Source of the DNA: Vicinamibacteria bacterium
Lineage (GTDB): Bacteria; Acidobacteriota; Vicinamibacteria; Vicinamibacterales; UBA8438
Length of the DNA stretch: 64,000 nucleotides
Reading direction: 5' to 3'
NCBI GenBank assembly: GCA_022820825.1
Contig: JAJEEU010000034.1
Location: 5,030-69,029, forward strand
The notes below the pieces were generated by a model. That model was given only the letters and a program-made list of their open reading frames with translations, did no database searches and was not told where the DNA came from. Of this stretch, positions 29,265 through 39,218 are shown piece by piece; position 1 is the first letter of the stretch; each line of letters begins with the position of its first letter. A program made the position numbers and the translations under genes.

Positions 29265-30770
29265 ATGCGTGCTTGCGCCGCGCGCCTGGTTCCTGCGGCT
29301 TTCATCCTGACACTGGTAATCCCGATCCGGGCCGAGGAGCCCGACCTGCGGCTGGTGGAGGCCGTCCGCGCCGGCGATACGGCAGCCGTTCAGGCGCTGG
29401 TGCTGGACGGGGCGGACACGAACGCGCGCCAACCCGACGGGGCGACCGCGCTGCACTGGGCGGCCTACCTGGACGACCTCGAAGCGGCCGACTTGCTGCT
29501 CGGCGCCGGCGCTGGGGCGGACGCGGTCAACGAGCTGGGTGTCACGCCGCTCTACCTGGCGTGCGAGAACGCCAACGCGGCGTTGGTGCGGCTACTGCTG
29601 GAAGCCGGCGCGAAGCCGGACGCCGCGCTGCCCAGCGGCGAAACCGCGCTCATGACCGCCGCGCGCACCGGAAGCGCCGGTGCGGCGGCGGCGCTGGTCG
29701 CGCACGGCGCGGACGTCGACGCCCGCGAGACGACCGAAGACCAGACGGCGCTGATGTGGGCCGTCGCACAGCGGCACCCTGACGTCGTACGCGTGCTGAT
29801 CGGGGCGGGAGCGGACATCCACTTCCGATCGCGCGTCCGTCCGGTGGCCACCGCCAGCTCGCCGCGCACCGGCGCGGCGGAGGGCGTGTCGGTCATCGAC
29901 GAGGGCGGGTTCACGCCGCTGCTGTTCGCGGCGCGCCATGGGGATCTCGCGTCGGCGCGCATGCTCGTGGCGGCCGGTGCGGATCCGAACGACACGGCCC
30001 CCTCGGGCACCAGCGCGCTCGTCGTCGCGGCCCACAGCGGTCACGGTGAGCTTGCCGCCTGGCTGCTGGACCAGGGCGCCGACCCTAACGCCGCCGGGGC
30101 GGGCTACACGCCGCTGCACGCGGCGATCCTGCGCGGCGAGACCGCTCTCGCGGGCGCCCTGCTGGACAACGGCGCCGATCCGCACACCCGCTTGAAGAAC
30201 GGCAGCCCGCATGCGCGCTACGGCAAGTTCTACGCGCTGGAAACGCGGCTGACCGGCGCCACGCCGTTCTTTCTCGCAGCCAAGTACGCCCGGGCCGGCA
30301 TCATGCGGAAGCTGGCCGCGGCAGGCGCCGACACGCTGGCGCGTCACGACGGCGTGACGCCGCTCATGGCCGCGGCGGGCATGCTCACGCCGGGGTTCAT
30401 TCAGGCCGGAAACGATCGCCTCGGCCGATCCATCGACACGGCCGAGATGGAGCTCGCCCTCCGGCAGGACCCGGACGGGCGCACGCTCATGAACAGCGGC
30501 ATCGAAGCCGTGAAGGCGGCGGTCGAGCTGGGCGCGGACGTCAACGCCGTCAACGGCAACGGCGACACCGCCCTGCATGCCGCGGCGCTGCACGGCTTCA
30601 ACACCGTCGTCCGCTACCTGGTAGGCCGGGGCGCCGACCTGCACGCGGCGAACGCCCGCGGCGAGACGCCGCTCGCCACCGCGATGCGAGTCGGCCGCGT
30701 GCCGGCAAAGAGCCTGGTCTACGCAACCTCTACCGCGGATCTGCTGCGCGAGCTCGGCGCGCGGGAATAG
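29265..30770 (+). CDS. exported ankyrin-repeat protein (triad 3)
   Basis: 501 aa. The signal-like N-terminus is followed by DLRLVEAVRAGDTAAVQALVLDGADTNARQPDGATALHWAAYLDDLE and multiple ankyrin repeats. Confidence 0.85.
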   Translation: MRACAARLVPAAFILTLVIPIRAEEPDLRLVEAVRAGDTAAVQALVLDGADTNARQPDGATALHWAAYLDDLEAADLLLGAGAGADAVNELGVTPLYLACENANAALVRLLLEAGAKPDAALPSGETALMTAARTGSAGAAAALVAHGADVDARETTEDQTALMWAVAQRHPDVVRVLIGAGADIHFRSRVRPVATASSPRTGAAEGVSVIDEGGFTPLLFAARHGDLASARMLVAAGADPNDTAPSGTSALVVAAHSGHGELAAWLLDQGADPNAAGAGYTPLHAAILRGETALAGALLDNGADPHTRLKNGSPHARYGKFYALETRLTGATPFFLAAKYARAGIMRKLAAAGADTLARHDGVTPLMAAAGMLTPGFIQAGNDRLGRSIDTAEMELALRQDPDGRTLMNSGIEAVKAAVELGADVNAVNGNGDTALHAAALHGFNTVVRYLVGRGADLHAANARGETPLATAMRVGRVPAKSLVYATSTADLLRELGARE

Positions 30771-30773
30771 CCG

Positions 30774-31244
30774 CTAACGCTCCTCGCACTCGCCGTAGTA
30801 CTGCTCCGGGCGCGACGTGAAGCCGCGCCGCTGCACGTCCTGGTATTCGTGCCGACTGTGGACGGCCAGCAGCTTCCCGTCGGGCGTCTCCCGGTTGAAG
30901 ACCGTGGTGCTGTAGAGCGGCCCCTCGGCCAGCACCTGTATGAAATGCAGGTAGTCCCCTGTCGCTTGCGCCACGACGGGGGATGAGCCGAAACGCCCCA
31001 GCACGTCGGCGCTTGCCTCGTCCGCGTTGATCGACTCGAAGCGGAACGCCAGCGTCGAGCTCTCGACCGCCACGGCGGGTCCGTCGTCCGCCCACGATCC
31101 CTTCGCCTGCACCGTGAACGTGCAGGCCAGGGTGCGGACCGTCCTTAGTCGATCGTCTTGCGGGCGGCCCTCCACGAGCGGCGGCTGGACATTCAGGAGG
31201 CAGCCGAGTGCGGCCCACACCGCAGCCTGCCGCGTCAATCCCAT
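30774..31244 (-). CDS. hypothetical protein
   Basis: 156 aa with high GC3, last in the minus-strand gene string. No family recognised. Confidence 0.5.
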   Translation of the reverse strand: MGLTRQAAVWAALGCLLNVQPPLVEGRPQDDRLRTVRTLACTFTVQAKGSWADDGPAVAVESSTLAFRFESINADEASADVLGRFGSSPVVAQATGDYLHFIQVLAEGPLYSTTVFNRETPDGKLLAVHSRHEYQDVQRRGFTSRPEQYYGECEER

Positions 31245-31266
31245 ATGCCCTCCCCGTACGGCCGCT

Positions 31267-31671
31267 TCACCTGCCGGTTTCGATTTCCGCCGCGGAACCG
31301 CCCAGGAACAGCCGCTTGCCGTCGGCGAGCGTGAAGTCCCTGCCCACGCCCTTGTTCGTGCCGTCCTTGGCCTGGTAGCCGTCGACGACGAGCTCCGTGC
31401 CGATCGCCAGCGTATTCTTCGTCACGCCCAGCCTGATGAGCTGGTTGGGACTGCCGCCCTCGATCATCCACGTGGTGACGCTCCCGTCCACGTCCTCCAC
31501 GTCGATGTGGAACCACGAGTGCGGATTGATCATCTCCCACTTGACGAGCTTGCCGCGGAGCTGCAGGGGGCGGTCGACGTCGAACTCGGCCGAAAAGGCG
31601 TGGTGCGCCCAGCCGGGCGCCGCAAGCTGCAAGCCCGCGGCGGCCAGTGCGGCCACTCTCAGCATTCGCAT
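31267..31671 (-). CDS. small exported protein, DUF6152-like (HHxxxAEFD N-terminus)
   Basis: Start re-called to MRMLRVAALAAAGLQLAAPGWA, with GGAG upstream. The mature N-terminus is HHAFSAEFDVDRPLQLRGKLVKWEMINPHSWF. The family assignment is from memory only. Confidence 0.55.
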   Translation of the reverse strand: MRMLRVAALAAAGLQLAAPGWAHHAFSAEFDVDRPLQLRGKLVKWEMINPHSWFHIDVEDVDGSVTTWMIEGGSPNQLIRLGVTKNTLAIGTELVVDGYQAKDGTNKGVGRDFTLADGKRLFLGGSAAEIETGR

Positions 31672-31682
31672 GGCATCCGCTC

Positions 31683-32765
31683 CTATCTCACTTCCAGCTT
31701 CGCGGCATCCTCGGCGGCCTGGTCCTCGTCGGCGCGGGCGCCGCGGAGCGCGTTGTACATGCTGTAGTTGCCCTCGTGGCAGGCGAACTCGACGACCGGG
31801 CCGAGCGTCGTCTGCATGGGCACCTCGGCGGTCCACGGCCGGGCCCAGGTCTCCGGGTCCTCGGCAGTGAAAGCGTAGAGCAGCGTGTCCTCGGCAACGC
31901 GCGTGAAGCGTTCCACGATGCGCAGGCCGCTGCCGGAGCCGCGGAAGGCCGTCTTGTCCGTGAAGTTCGTGGTTTCGACGACGAGCGTGTCACCCTCCCA
32001 GCGGCCGCGTGAATTCCCCATCCACTGGCGGATCCCGTCCGAGATCGGCGGGCGCCCGTCGAGGGGAATGACGCGTACGTCGTGGATCATCTCCACCAGA
32101 ATCGCCACGTAGTCCGGCCCCTGCACGATCTGGTAGGTGTTGTTGTAGCCGCCGGGCAGAACCGGCGGCCCGGCGTTCATCATGATGCAGCGGTCGTCGA
32201 GCTCGTTGTTCTGCGCCGCGTCCCAGCGGCCGCCCATTTGCCGCTGCGTCTCGGCGCGCTCGGCCGCGCGCCGCCGCCCCTGCTCCGTCAGCGGCGGGAT
32301 CCTCCCGTCCGGCGGATCGACAACCAGCGACGTGCGCAGGCTCTCCACGACGGTGGACTGGTTGCGGGCCAGTCCGAACTGGCCGAAGTCGTAGTGGACA
32401 TCGGCCACGCTGCCGGGCTCGGGTGCATCGGCCTCGTCACCGGTTGCCAGCCACCGCCCCAGCCGCGCGTTCGGATTCGCCGACTCGCGGCCGCTCGTGG
32501 ATCCATACGTGCGGAGGTTGAAGTACTCCTCTTCCGTGTAGAACTCCTTGTCGACGTCCCGCGGCCGCTCCATGGGCGTGTAGGTGGCGTTGGTCCAGTA
32601 ACCCTGCAGGTCCGGTTGTCCGTCGGGCGTGCGCGGCAGGGTCCACGCCGATTCGCCTTGCGGCCTGGTCTCCGGCGCGGCGTCCTGCTGCCCCGCGCCG
32701 GCCGCCGGCACCACGACCAAGCCACCGACAGCGAGCGCCAGCACAGCCGCGTTGAAAGCTCTCAT
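31683..32765 (-). CDS. secreted 'YACHEGN' family protein, paralog 5 of 7
   Basis: Start re-called to MRAFNAAVLALAVGGLVVVPAAGA. Motifs: PRTPDGQPDLQGYW, SLVVDPPDGRIP, DRCI, EMIHDVRVIPLDGRP, SRGRWEGDTLVVET, VEFACHEGNYS. Confidence 0.85.
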   Translation of the reverse strand: MRAFNAAVLALAVGGLVVVPAAGAGQQDAAPETRPQGESAWTLPRTPDGQPDLQGYWTNATYTPMERPRDVDKEFYTEEEYFNLRTYGSTSGRESANPNARLGRWLATGDEADAPEPGSVADVHYDFGQFGLARNQSTVVESLRTSLVVDPPDGRIPPLTEQGRRRAAERAETQRQMGGRWDAAQNNELDDRCIMMNAGPPVLPGGYNNTYQIVQGPDYVAILVEMIHDVRVIPLDGRPPISDGIRQWMGNSRGRWEGDTLVVETTNFTDKTAFRGSGSGLRIVERFTRVAEDTLLYAFTAEDPETWARPWTAEVPMQTTLGPVVEFACHEGNYSMYNALRGARADEDQAAEDAAKLEVR

Positions 32766-32785
32766 TGGCAGCCTGCCTTCCCGTG

Positions 32786-33310
32786 TCAATACCTGATGAA
32801 CTCCACGAGGTTCCGATCCGGATCGCGCACGTAGACGCTCGTCCCGGTCGTCGTGCCGCCGCTGCGCCCACCGACGCGCTCGGCCGGCCCCTCGATGACC
32901 TCCGCCCCCGCACGGTCGAGGGCAGCCTGCAGCGACTCCGGCGTGCCGTCCCACACGAAGCAGAAGTCGCCGCATCCCGGCAACGCCGTCGGCCCACGCA
33001 GGGTGAAGGACTCGCGCCGCCACATGTGCGGCTGGTGGAAATGGATCTTCTGGTCGCCGAACCGGAGGTGGCAGCGCCTGTCGTCATGGAGCACGTCCAT
33101 CCCGAGAGCGCGGTAGAACGCCACCATCGCCTGCGTGTTCTCCATGGGAAACGAGACGTGGTCGATGCTGCGGATCCCGGCGGATGGCTGCGCGGCCAGG
33201 GAACCGTCGATTCGCGAGGCGCCCGCCGAGGCCAGCGCGCCCGCGGCAACGACGCGCTTGATGAAGGCGCGTCGCGTGCGGCCGGCCGGCTGCGGTCCGC
33301 CAGTAGCCAC
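32786..33310 (-). CDS. single-domain VOC (glyoxalase-like) protein with a Tat-type signal
   Basis: GTG start at 33310 gives VATGGPQPAGRTRRAFIKRVVAAGALASAGA. The VOC-like core is IDHVSFPMENTQAMVAFYRALGMDV ... VYVRDPDRNLVEF. The start codon is uncertain. Confidence 0.7.
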   Translation of the reverse strand: MATGGPQPAGRTRRAFIKRVVAAGALASAGASRIDGSLAAQPSAGIRSIDHVSFPMENTQAMVAFYRALGMDVLHDDRRCHLRFGDQKIHFHQPHMWRRESFTLRGPTALPGCGDFCFVWDGTPESLQAALDRAGAEVIEGPAERVGGRSGGTTTGTSVYVRDPDRNLVEFIRY

Positions 33311-33318
33311 GGCGCAGC

Positions 33319-34764
33319 CTATTCCGTCGCTCCCAGGCGCCGCAGGAGCTCCGCCGTACGCTCGGGGTCGCGCCCCCCGCGGCGCCAGCGCGTCGTGGTC
33401 ATCGCCAGCGGCGTCCGGCCGTCGGCGTTCTCCAGGTCCAGGCCGGCGCCCCGGCCAACGAGATACTCCACCACCGAGTCGAACGCACTGGCGGCCGCGT
33501 AGTGCAGGGCCGTGTTGCCGGCGGCATTGGCCGCATGGATGTCGACGCCCAGCTCCGCCGCCGTTCTGACGGCTTCCAGCGTGCCGGCCTCCACCGCGGC
33601 CCGATCGGAACCGGGTCTCCGATGCCGCCTGGCAAGCGGCGCCATGAGGGACGTCGTCCCGTCCTCCAATGTCGCGTCCGGCTGCCCGCCGGCCGCGGCC
33701 AGCGCGCGCATCATCGCGGCGTCGCCGAACATCGCGGCCATCCAGAACGGCGTCGCGCCGACCCAGGTGTAGTCCATGGCCCAATCGCGGCTCAGGCGCC
33801 GGAACGGCGTGGGGCGCGCGAGCCGCACGTTCGGATCCGCTCCGTGATCGAGGAGCGCGCTCAGCATTTCGCCATCGCCCCGGAGCACCGCCGCGTGCAC
33901 CGCTGCATAACCTGCGCCGGCCGCGTGTGGATCCGCGCCTCGTTCCAGCAGGAACCGCGCGAGCGCGGTATGGCCGCCATGAGCCGCCACGACGAGAGCG
34001 CTGGCGCCAGTCGGCGCCGTGTCGTTGACGTCCGCGCCGGCGTCGAGCAGCAGCCGGGCCGACTCGACCTCCCCGTGCCTCGCGGCGAACAGCAGCGGCG
34101 TATAGCCGCCGCGGTCTTCCGGCACCACCATGCTGCCGCCGTCGAACTCCGCATCGCCGCCCGCGGTGCCGACGTTGACGACCACGCGCCGCACGGCCGA
34201 GCGCGCGCGGACGTCGGCGCCCTGCTCGATCAGCAACCGCACGACGCCGGGATGCCGCTGCGCCACCGCCCACATGAGCGCCGTCTGCTCTCTCGAGCCT
34301 TCCTTCGCGTTGGGGTCGGCGCCGTGGCGCAGCAGGACCTCCACGGCGTCCACCATGCCCGTGCGCGCGGCCGTCATCAGCGGCGTTTCGCCGCTGGGCA
34401 GCGCCGCGTTGGCATCCGCCCCGGCCCGCAGCAGCAGCCCGATCATCGACGCGCTGCCGTGCACGCAGGCCAGCCACAGCGGCGTGGCGCCGAGCTCGTT
34501 GACGGCGTCGACGTCCGCGGCGGCGCGGATCAGCAGGTCGGCCGTCTCGTGCTCGTCCCAATGCGCGGCCCAGTGGAGGGCGGTGGTGCCGTCGGGCTGC
34601 GTCGCGTTGACGTCGGCGCCCTCCTCGAGAAGGGCGCGCACGGCGGCGTGGTCGCGCTCCCTGGCGGCCTGCACGAGTTGCAGGTCGCTGTTGGCGGCGG
34701 CGACGCCGGCAACTGCCAGCAACACTACCGCGCAAGCACTACACGAGGCTGAGCGGTTCGACAT
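33319..34764 (-). CDS. exported ankyrin-repeat protein (triad 4)
   Basis: 481 aa. MSNRSASCSACAVVLLAVAGVAAA is followed by DLQLVQAARERDHAAVRALLEEGADVNATQPDGTTALHWAAHWDEHE and ankyrin repeats. It overlaps the upstream gene end by 26 nt. Confidence 0.85.
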   Translation of the reverse strand: MSNRSASCSACAVVLLAVAGVAAANSDLQLVQAARERDHAAVRALLEEGADVNATQPDGTTALHWAAHWDEHETADLLIRAAADVDAVNELGATPLWLACVHGSASMIGLLLRAGADANAALPSGETPLMTAARTGMVDAVEVLLRHGADPNAKEGSREQTALMWAVAQRHPGVVRLLIEQGADVRARSAVRRVVVNVGTAGGDAEFDGGSMVVPEDRGGYTPLLFAARHGEVESARLLLDAGADVNDTAPTGASALVVAAHGGHTALARFLLERGADPHAAGAGYAAVHAAVLRGDGEMLSALLDHGADPNVRLARPTPFRRLSRDWAMDYTWVGATPFWMAAMFGDAAMMRALAAAGGQPDATLEDGTTSLMAPLARRHRRPGSDRAAVEAGTLEAVRTAAELGVDIHAANAAGNTALHYAAASAFDSVVEYLVGRGAGLDLENADGRTPLAMTTTRWRRGGRDPERTAELLRRLGATE

Positions 34765-36076
34765 CCAGCGCCCCGGTGCTGACGCCGAGCTGTTCGCGGT
34801 GCACGCCGAACATCTCCAGCAGCGCCAGGTTCAGATTGGCCATCGGCGTGTCCGCGTAGGTGAGATGGCGGCCGCCCCTGACCCCTTCGCCGCCGCCGCC
34901 GGCCAGCAGCAGCGGCAGGTTGGTCCGCGCATGCGCATTGGAATCGGACATGCCGGCGCCGTAGAGAATCACCATGTGGTCGAGCAGCGATCCGTCGCCG
35001 TCCGGCGTCGAACCCAGCTTGTCCAGGTAATAGGCGAACAGGCTCACGTGATGGGTGTTGATCTTCGCCAGCTTCTCGTACAGCACGGGGTCGTGGCGGT
35101 GGTGCGAGCACGGGTGGTGCGAGTCGGGGACGCCGATTTCGTTGTAGGTGCGCCCGCTCAGCTCGCGGCCCATCATCATGGTGCTCACGCGCGTCAGGTC
35201 GGTCTGGTAGGCGAGCACCTGCAGATCGAACATCAGCCGGGCGTGATCGGCGTACGACGCCGGAATGCCGGGCGGCTGGTCGACGACCGGCAGCGCCTCG
35301 GCGCCCTGCTCCTCCGCCCGCTGGATGCGGCGCTCGACGTCGCGCACCGCGTCGAGGTACTCGTCGATCCGCGTGCGGTCGCCCGTTCCGAGCTCGCGCG
35401 TAAGGTCGGACACCGTCTCGGTCACCGAGTCGAGAATGCTGCGCTGCTCGGCGATGCGCTGCAGCCGCACCCCCGCGTCGGTGCTCCCGCTGTCGCCGAA
35501 CAGCCGCTCGAACAACGCGCGCGGGTTGTTCTCCATCGGCAGCGGGGTGGTCGGCGTGCGCCACGCGATCGTGTTCGAGTAGGCGCAGGCGAAACCGACG
35601 TCGCAGGAACCGGAGACGTCCCGGCTGTCGAGGCTGACCTCAATGGACGCGAGCTGCGTCTGCTGCCCCAGCGACCGCGCGATGTACTGGTCGATCGAAA
35701 CGCCCGCCTGCAGCTCGTACTCCGACGGCATGGCGCTCAGGCCCGTCAGGAACCGCGTGGAGGCATTCGCATGAAAGCCGCCGTTGGGCTCCGGGCCGTG
35801 CATCCCGGAGAGGACGAGCAGGCGATCGTGGAACTGCTCCAGGGGTTCGAGGATGCGCGTGAGCTCGAAGCCCGCGCCTTCGGTGGCCGGTGTCCAGTGG
35901 CTCATCGCAATCCCGTTCGGCACATAGACGACGCCAAACCGCCGCGGCGCGCTGGCCGGCGTCTTCCGCAACGCCGCAAACGCGGGCACCATGCCGTCCA
36001 GCAACGGCAGCGCCAGCGATACGCCCAACCCCCGCAGCACGGTACGCCGGTGGACGGCCTTCCTGGTGACGATCAT
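34739..36076 (-). CDS. DUF1552 (HxxSHH) family protein (triad 4)
   Basis: MIVTRKAVHRRTVLRGLGVSLALPLLDGM, with motif PDSHHPCSHHRHD. The start overlaps the upstream stop (ATGA at 36073-36076). Confidence 0.85.
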   Translation of the reverse strand: MIVTRKAVHRRTVLRGLGVSLALPLLDGMVPAFAALRKTPASAPRRFGVVYVPNGIAMSHWTPATEGAGFELTRILEPLEQFHDRLLVLSGMHGPEPNGGFHANASTRFLTGLSAMPSEYELQAGVSIDQYIARSLGQQTQLASIEVSLDSRDVSGSCDVGFACAYSNTIAWRTPTTPLPMENNPRALFERLFGDSGSTDAGVRLQRIAEQRSILDSVTETVSDLTRELGTGDRTRIDEYLDAVRDVERRIQRAEEQGAEALPVVDQPPGIPASYADHARLMFDLQVLAYQTDLTRVSTMMMGRELSGRTYNEIGVPDSHHPCSHHRHDPVLYEKLAKINTHHVSLFAYYLDKLGSTPDGDGSLLDHMVILYGAGMSDSNAHARTNLPLLLAGGGGEGVRGGRHLTYADTPMANLNLALLEMFGVHREQLGVSTGALDVEPLSLV

Positions 36077-38628
36077 GACTGTGAGCTCCTCATCTGAAAC
36101 GGCGCGCTCCTGGCGATTCCCAGGACGATCGCGGACCAACGATAGTCGTTTTCGGCGGCCTCGCGCACTATGCCTCGAACGGCAGGCATGTCGTAGTGCT
36201 CTATGCCACGGCCGAGCGCGTAGGTCAACAACTTCTCGGTAACCGTGCGCACGAACTGCTCGCGGCGGTCGTGCAGCAGATCCCGCAGCCCCGCCAGCCC
36301 GGCGATGCGCGTGCCGTCCGGCAGCACCGCCGACGGATCGATGGCGGCGCCCTCGTCGACCGCGCGCCAGGCGCCGGTTGCGTCGAACGACTCGAGCGTG
36401 AACCCCAGCGGATCGATCGACGCGTGGCAGCCGGCGCACGCGGGACTCCGCCGATGCGCCTCCAGGCGCTCGCGCACGGTGGCGTGCTCCCCGTCCGCGC
36501 CACGCTCTGGCAGCGCCGGCACGTCCGCCGGGGGCGGCGGCGGGGGCGTGCCGAAGATGTTCTCGAGCAGCCACTTGCCGCGCAGCACGGGCGACGTGCG
36601 GTTGGGATACGAGGTGACGGTCAGCACGCTGCCGTGGCCGAGCAGTCCCCCGCGCCGCCCGTCGCTCCAGGCCACGCGGCGGAAGCGGTTGCCGTACACG
36701 TTCGGCACGCCGTAGTGCCGCGCCAGCCTCTCATTGAGATACGTGTAGTCGGCGCTCAGCAGCTCCGGTACGCCGCGATCCTCGCGAATCTGGCTCTCGA
36801 TGAAGAGCCGCGTCTCCTGCAGGAGCGCTGCGCGCAGGTTGTCGTCGAAGTCGGGAAACTCGGCGGGGTCCGGATACACGGTCTCGACGTTGCGCACGTG
36901 GAGCCATTGGCCCGCGAATCCGTCGACCAACGTCGCCGCCCGCGGATCCGCCAGCATGCGCCGCACCTGGCGTTCCAGCACGCCGGCGTCCCGCAGCTCG
37001 CCCCGCGCCGCCGCCTCCAGCAGCTCGTCGTCCGGGATGCTGCTCCACAGGAAGAACGACAGCCGCGAGGCCAGCTCCAGGTCGCTGACCCGATAGGGCG
37101 CGCCCGGCGCCGCGTGCGGCGCGTCGCGCTCGATGCGGAACAGGAAGTTCGGGTCGACCAGCAGCCGTTCGAGCGCCAACTGGATGCCCGCGTCGAAGCT
37201 GCCCTTCTCCCGGCCCGCGGCATAGAACTCCAGCAGGGTCTGCAGTTGCCGGTCCGTGGCGGGCCGGCGGTACGCCGCAGTCGCGATCCGGGTGAGGATC
37301 CTGATGGCGCAGGCCTGCTCGTCCGCGGCGCGCAGCGGGCGGCAACCGAAAATCGCGTTGCGGCTGGGCGTCTCCCCCACCCCTTCCTGCGCGTAGGGGC
37401 CGCTGATGACGACGCTGCCCACCGCCGGGAAGCCGTCCGGCATGGCGTCGATGGCCAGGGCGAAACCGTACGGACGGGGCTGGAGCACGCCGTCGGGCTC
37501 CCAGAGCTGCCGCAGGAACGCCACGACCACCCGGCGGGGCCCGGCCTGCACCGGCAGGCGCAGCACCAGATCCTCGTCCGCATGCTGCATGTAGTGCTCC
37601 CATTCGAGGCTGCCCAGGATGTTGCCCTCGTAGCTCTCCGGGGCGGCGCCCGGCGCGCGGTACTGCGTGCGCTGCCCGGCTACCCCGAATGCGAGCTGAC
37701 CCCGCGCCGGCGCCGGCGCCGCCGTCGTGTCGCGCGGCGTGCCGGGCGCTGCCGCGTCCGCGTCGGCCGCGGGGGCGTCTCCGCCCACGGTGAACAGCTC
37801 GACGCGCTGTCCGTCCAGGCGGACCTCGACCTGATGCGCCGAGTTCAGGCCGCGAATGTAGTCGACGTAGTTGGTCTGCAGATCGACCCTGATGACGTAT
37901 TCGCCGTCGACGGGAAAGTTGTGGGTGAAGGCGGCGCCGCCGCGCGAGCCGAGCGGAAAGTCCTCGCTCAGGCGATCCTCCTGCACCAGGTTGATGGGGA
38001 CGTCGTAGGTCTCGACGACCGGCTGCTGCGGCAGTCCCACGGCAAGCCGGCTGACCTTCCGCGCGGCCGACAGGTAGCGCTCCATCAGCGCCGGCGAGAC
38101 CGTCAGCACGCCGGCCATGTTGTCGAATGCGTAGCCCGGCGCGTCGGCCGGCAGCAGCTCGGCGACGTCGACGTCGAGCGCCAGCAGGTCGCGGACGGCG
38201 TTCTGGTACTGCCCCCGGCTGAGGCGGTGGAACGCGGCGCTGCGCCCCGGGTTGGGGCTGGCGGCGGCCGCCTGATCGAGCGACGCTTCAAGCTGCGTGA
38301 CGAAGGCGTCGAACGCGGCCTGATCGGGCCGTGGACGACCAGGTGGCGGCATCGCGCCCATCCGGATTTTCCGGATTACCCGCTCCCACACCTCGGCTCC
38401 GGCGCCCACGCTCGCCGTGTCGATCGTGTCGAGCGCCAGGCCGCCGGTCCGCAACCTGTCGTTGTGGCAGGTCACGCAGTACCGATCGAGGAGCGGCCGC
38501 AACTGCGAGGCTGGAGGGGAATTCGAAACCGTGGACGCCTGCTGCGGGCTGCCGGCATGCAAGGGCGCCGCACACAGCACCGCAACGCCCGCTGCGAAGG
38601 CCGCCGTCCCACCCTGGCCCCGGCGCAT
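36073..38628 (-). CDS. DUF1592/DUF1588/DUF1585-type di-haem cytochrome c domain protein (triad 4)
   Basis: RYCVTCHNDRLRTGGLALD and SPACAGCHASIDPLGFTLESFDATGAWR carry the CxxCH motifs. Start is taken at MRRGQGGTAAFAAGVAVLCAAPLHA (38628); an alternative ATG is at 38673. Confidence 0.8.
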   Translation of the reverse strand: MRRGQGGTAAFAAGVAVLCAAPLHAGSPQQASTVSNSPPASQLRPLLDRYCVTCHNDRLRTGGLALDTIDTASVGAGAEVWERVIRKIRMGAMPPPGRPRPDQAAFDAFVTQLEASLDQAAAASPNPGRSAAFHRLSRGQYQNAVRDLLALDVDVAELLPADAPGYAFDNMAGVLTVSPALMERYLSAARKVSRLAVGLPQQPVVETYDVPINLVQEDRLSEDFPLGSRGGAAFTHNFPVDGEYVIRVDLQTNYVDYIRGLNSAHQVEVRLDGQRVELFTVGGDAPAADADAAAPGTPRDTTAAPAPARGQLAFGVAGQRTQYRAPGAAPESYEGNILGSLEWEHYMQHADEDLVLRLPVQAGPRRVVVAFLRQLWEPDGVLQPRPYGFALAIDAMPDGFPAVGSVVISGPYAQEGVGETPSRNAIFGCRPLRAADEQACAIRILTRIATAAYRRPATDRQLQTLLEFYAAGREKGSFDAGIQLALERLLVDPNFLFRIERDAPHAAPGAPYRVSDLELASRLSFFLWSSIPDDELLEAAARGELRDAGVLERQVRRMLADPRAATLVDGFAGQWLHVRNVETVYPDPAEFPDFDDNLRAALLQETRLFIESQIREDRGVPELLSADYTYLNERLARHYGVPNVYGNRFRRVAWSDGRRGGLLGHGSVLTVTSYPNRTSPVLRGKWLLENIFGTPPPPPPADVPALPERGADGEHATVRERLEAHRRSPACAGCHASIDPLGFTLESFDATGAWRAVDEGAAIDPSAVLPDGTRIAGLAGLRDLLHDRREQFVRTVTEKLLTYALGRGIEHYDMPAVRGIVREAAENDYRWSAIVLGIARSAPFQMRSSQS

Positions 38629-38636
38629 CGGCTGCT

Positions 38637-39218
38637 CTATTTCACTTCCGCTTTGCGCATGCCGGGCTTCCACGGCGGCGGGGGCACGTACCCGTCCCGG
38701 TTCGGCATCTCGATTTCGCGCAGCGCCCTGGCGTCGATCAGGTCGGTCTCGCCGACGATGCCGTTGAGGTACAGCAGGTAGCCCGTCAGGCTGTAGATCT
38801 CGTCATCCGTGAGATAGCCGCGCTGGTTGAGCGGCATCGCCTTGTTGATGAAGCTCCAGATGAGGGGCGCGAAGGGAAAGTTCGAGATGCCGCGTCCCGG
38901 GAAGTTCTGGCCGGCGTGTCCCGCCGTGCCAGCCGGGTAGGTTTCCATCTGCAGGGGTCCGACGAAGCGCGGCGCCGGACCCTCGGCGCCCGTGGGGCCG
39001 TGGCACTCGCCGCAGCGGCGGCGCTGGTAAATCACCGCGCCCTGCTCGGCCGTGCCGCTGCCCGGCGGCAGCCCCTCGCCCATCGGCCCGATGGCCTCGT
39101 CCCAGGGGTGCAGCTCCTCGTCGGTGGGCGTGCGGCCCAGGCCGTAGGTCGACCCCTGCGCCTCCGCCGCGCCGGTCCACGCCAGCACCAGCACGGCCGC
39201 GAGCAGGCTAAAACGCAT
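38637..39218 (-). CDS. mono-haem cytochrome c subunit (SoxD/SorB-like partner of the molybdoenzyme)
   Basis: Start re-called to MRFSLLAAVLVLAWTGAAEA. Haem motif RRCGECHGP. It lies immediately downstream of, and overlaps by 11 nt, the sulfite-oxidase-family gene. Confidence 0.7.
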   Translation of the reverse strand: MRFSLLAAVLVLAWTGAAEAQGSTYGLGRTPTDEELHPWDEAIGPMGEGLPPGSGTAEQGAVIYQRRRCGECHGPTGAEGPAPRFVGPLQMETYPAGTAGHAGQNFPGRGISNFPFAPLIWSFINKAMPLNQRGYLTDDEIYSLTGYLLYLNGIVGETDLIDARALREIEMPNRDGYVPPPPWKPGMRKAEVK

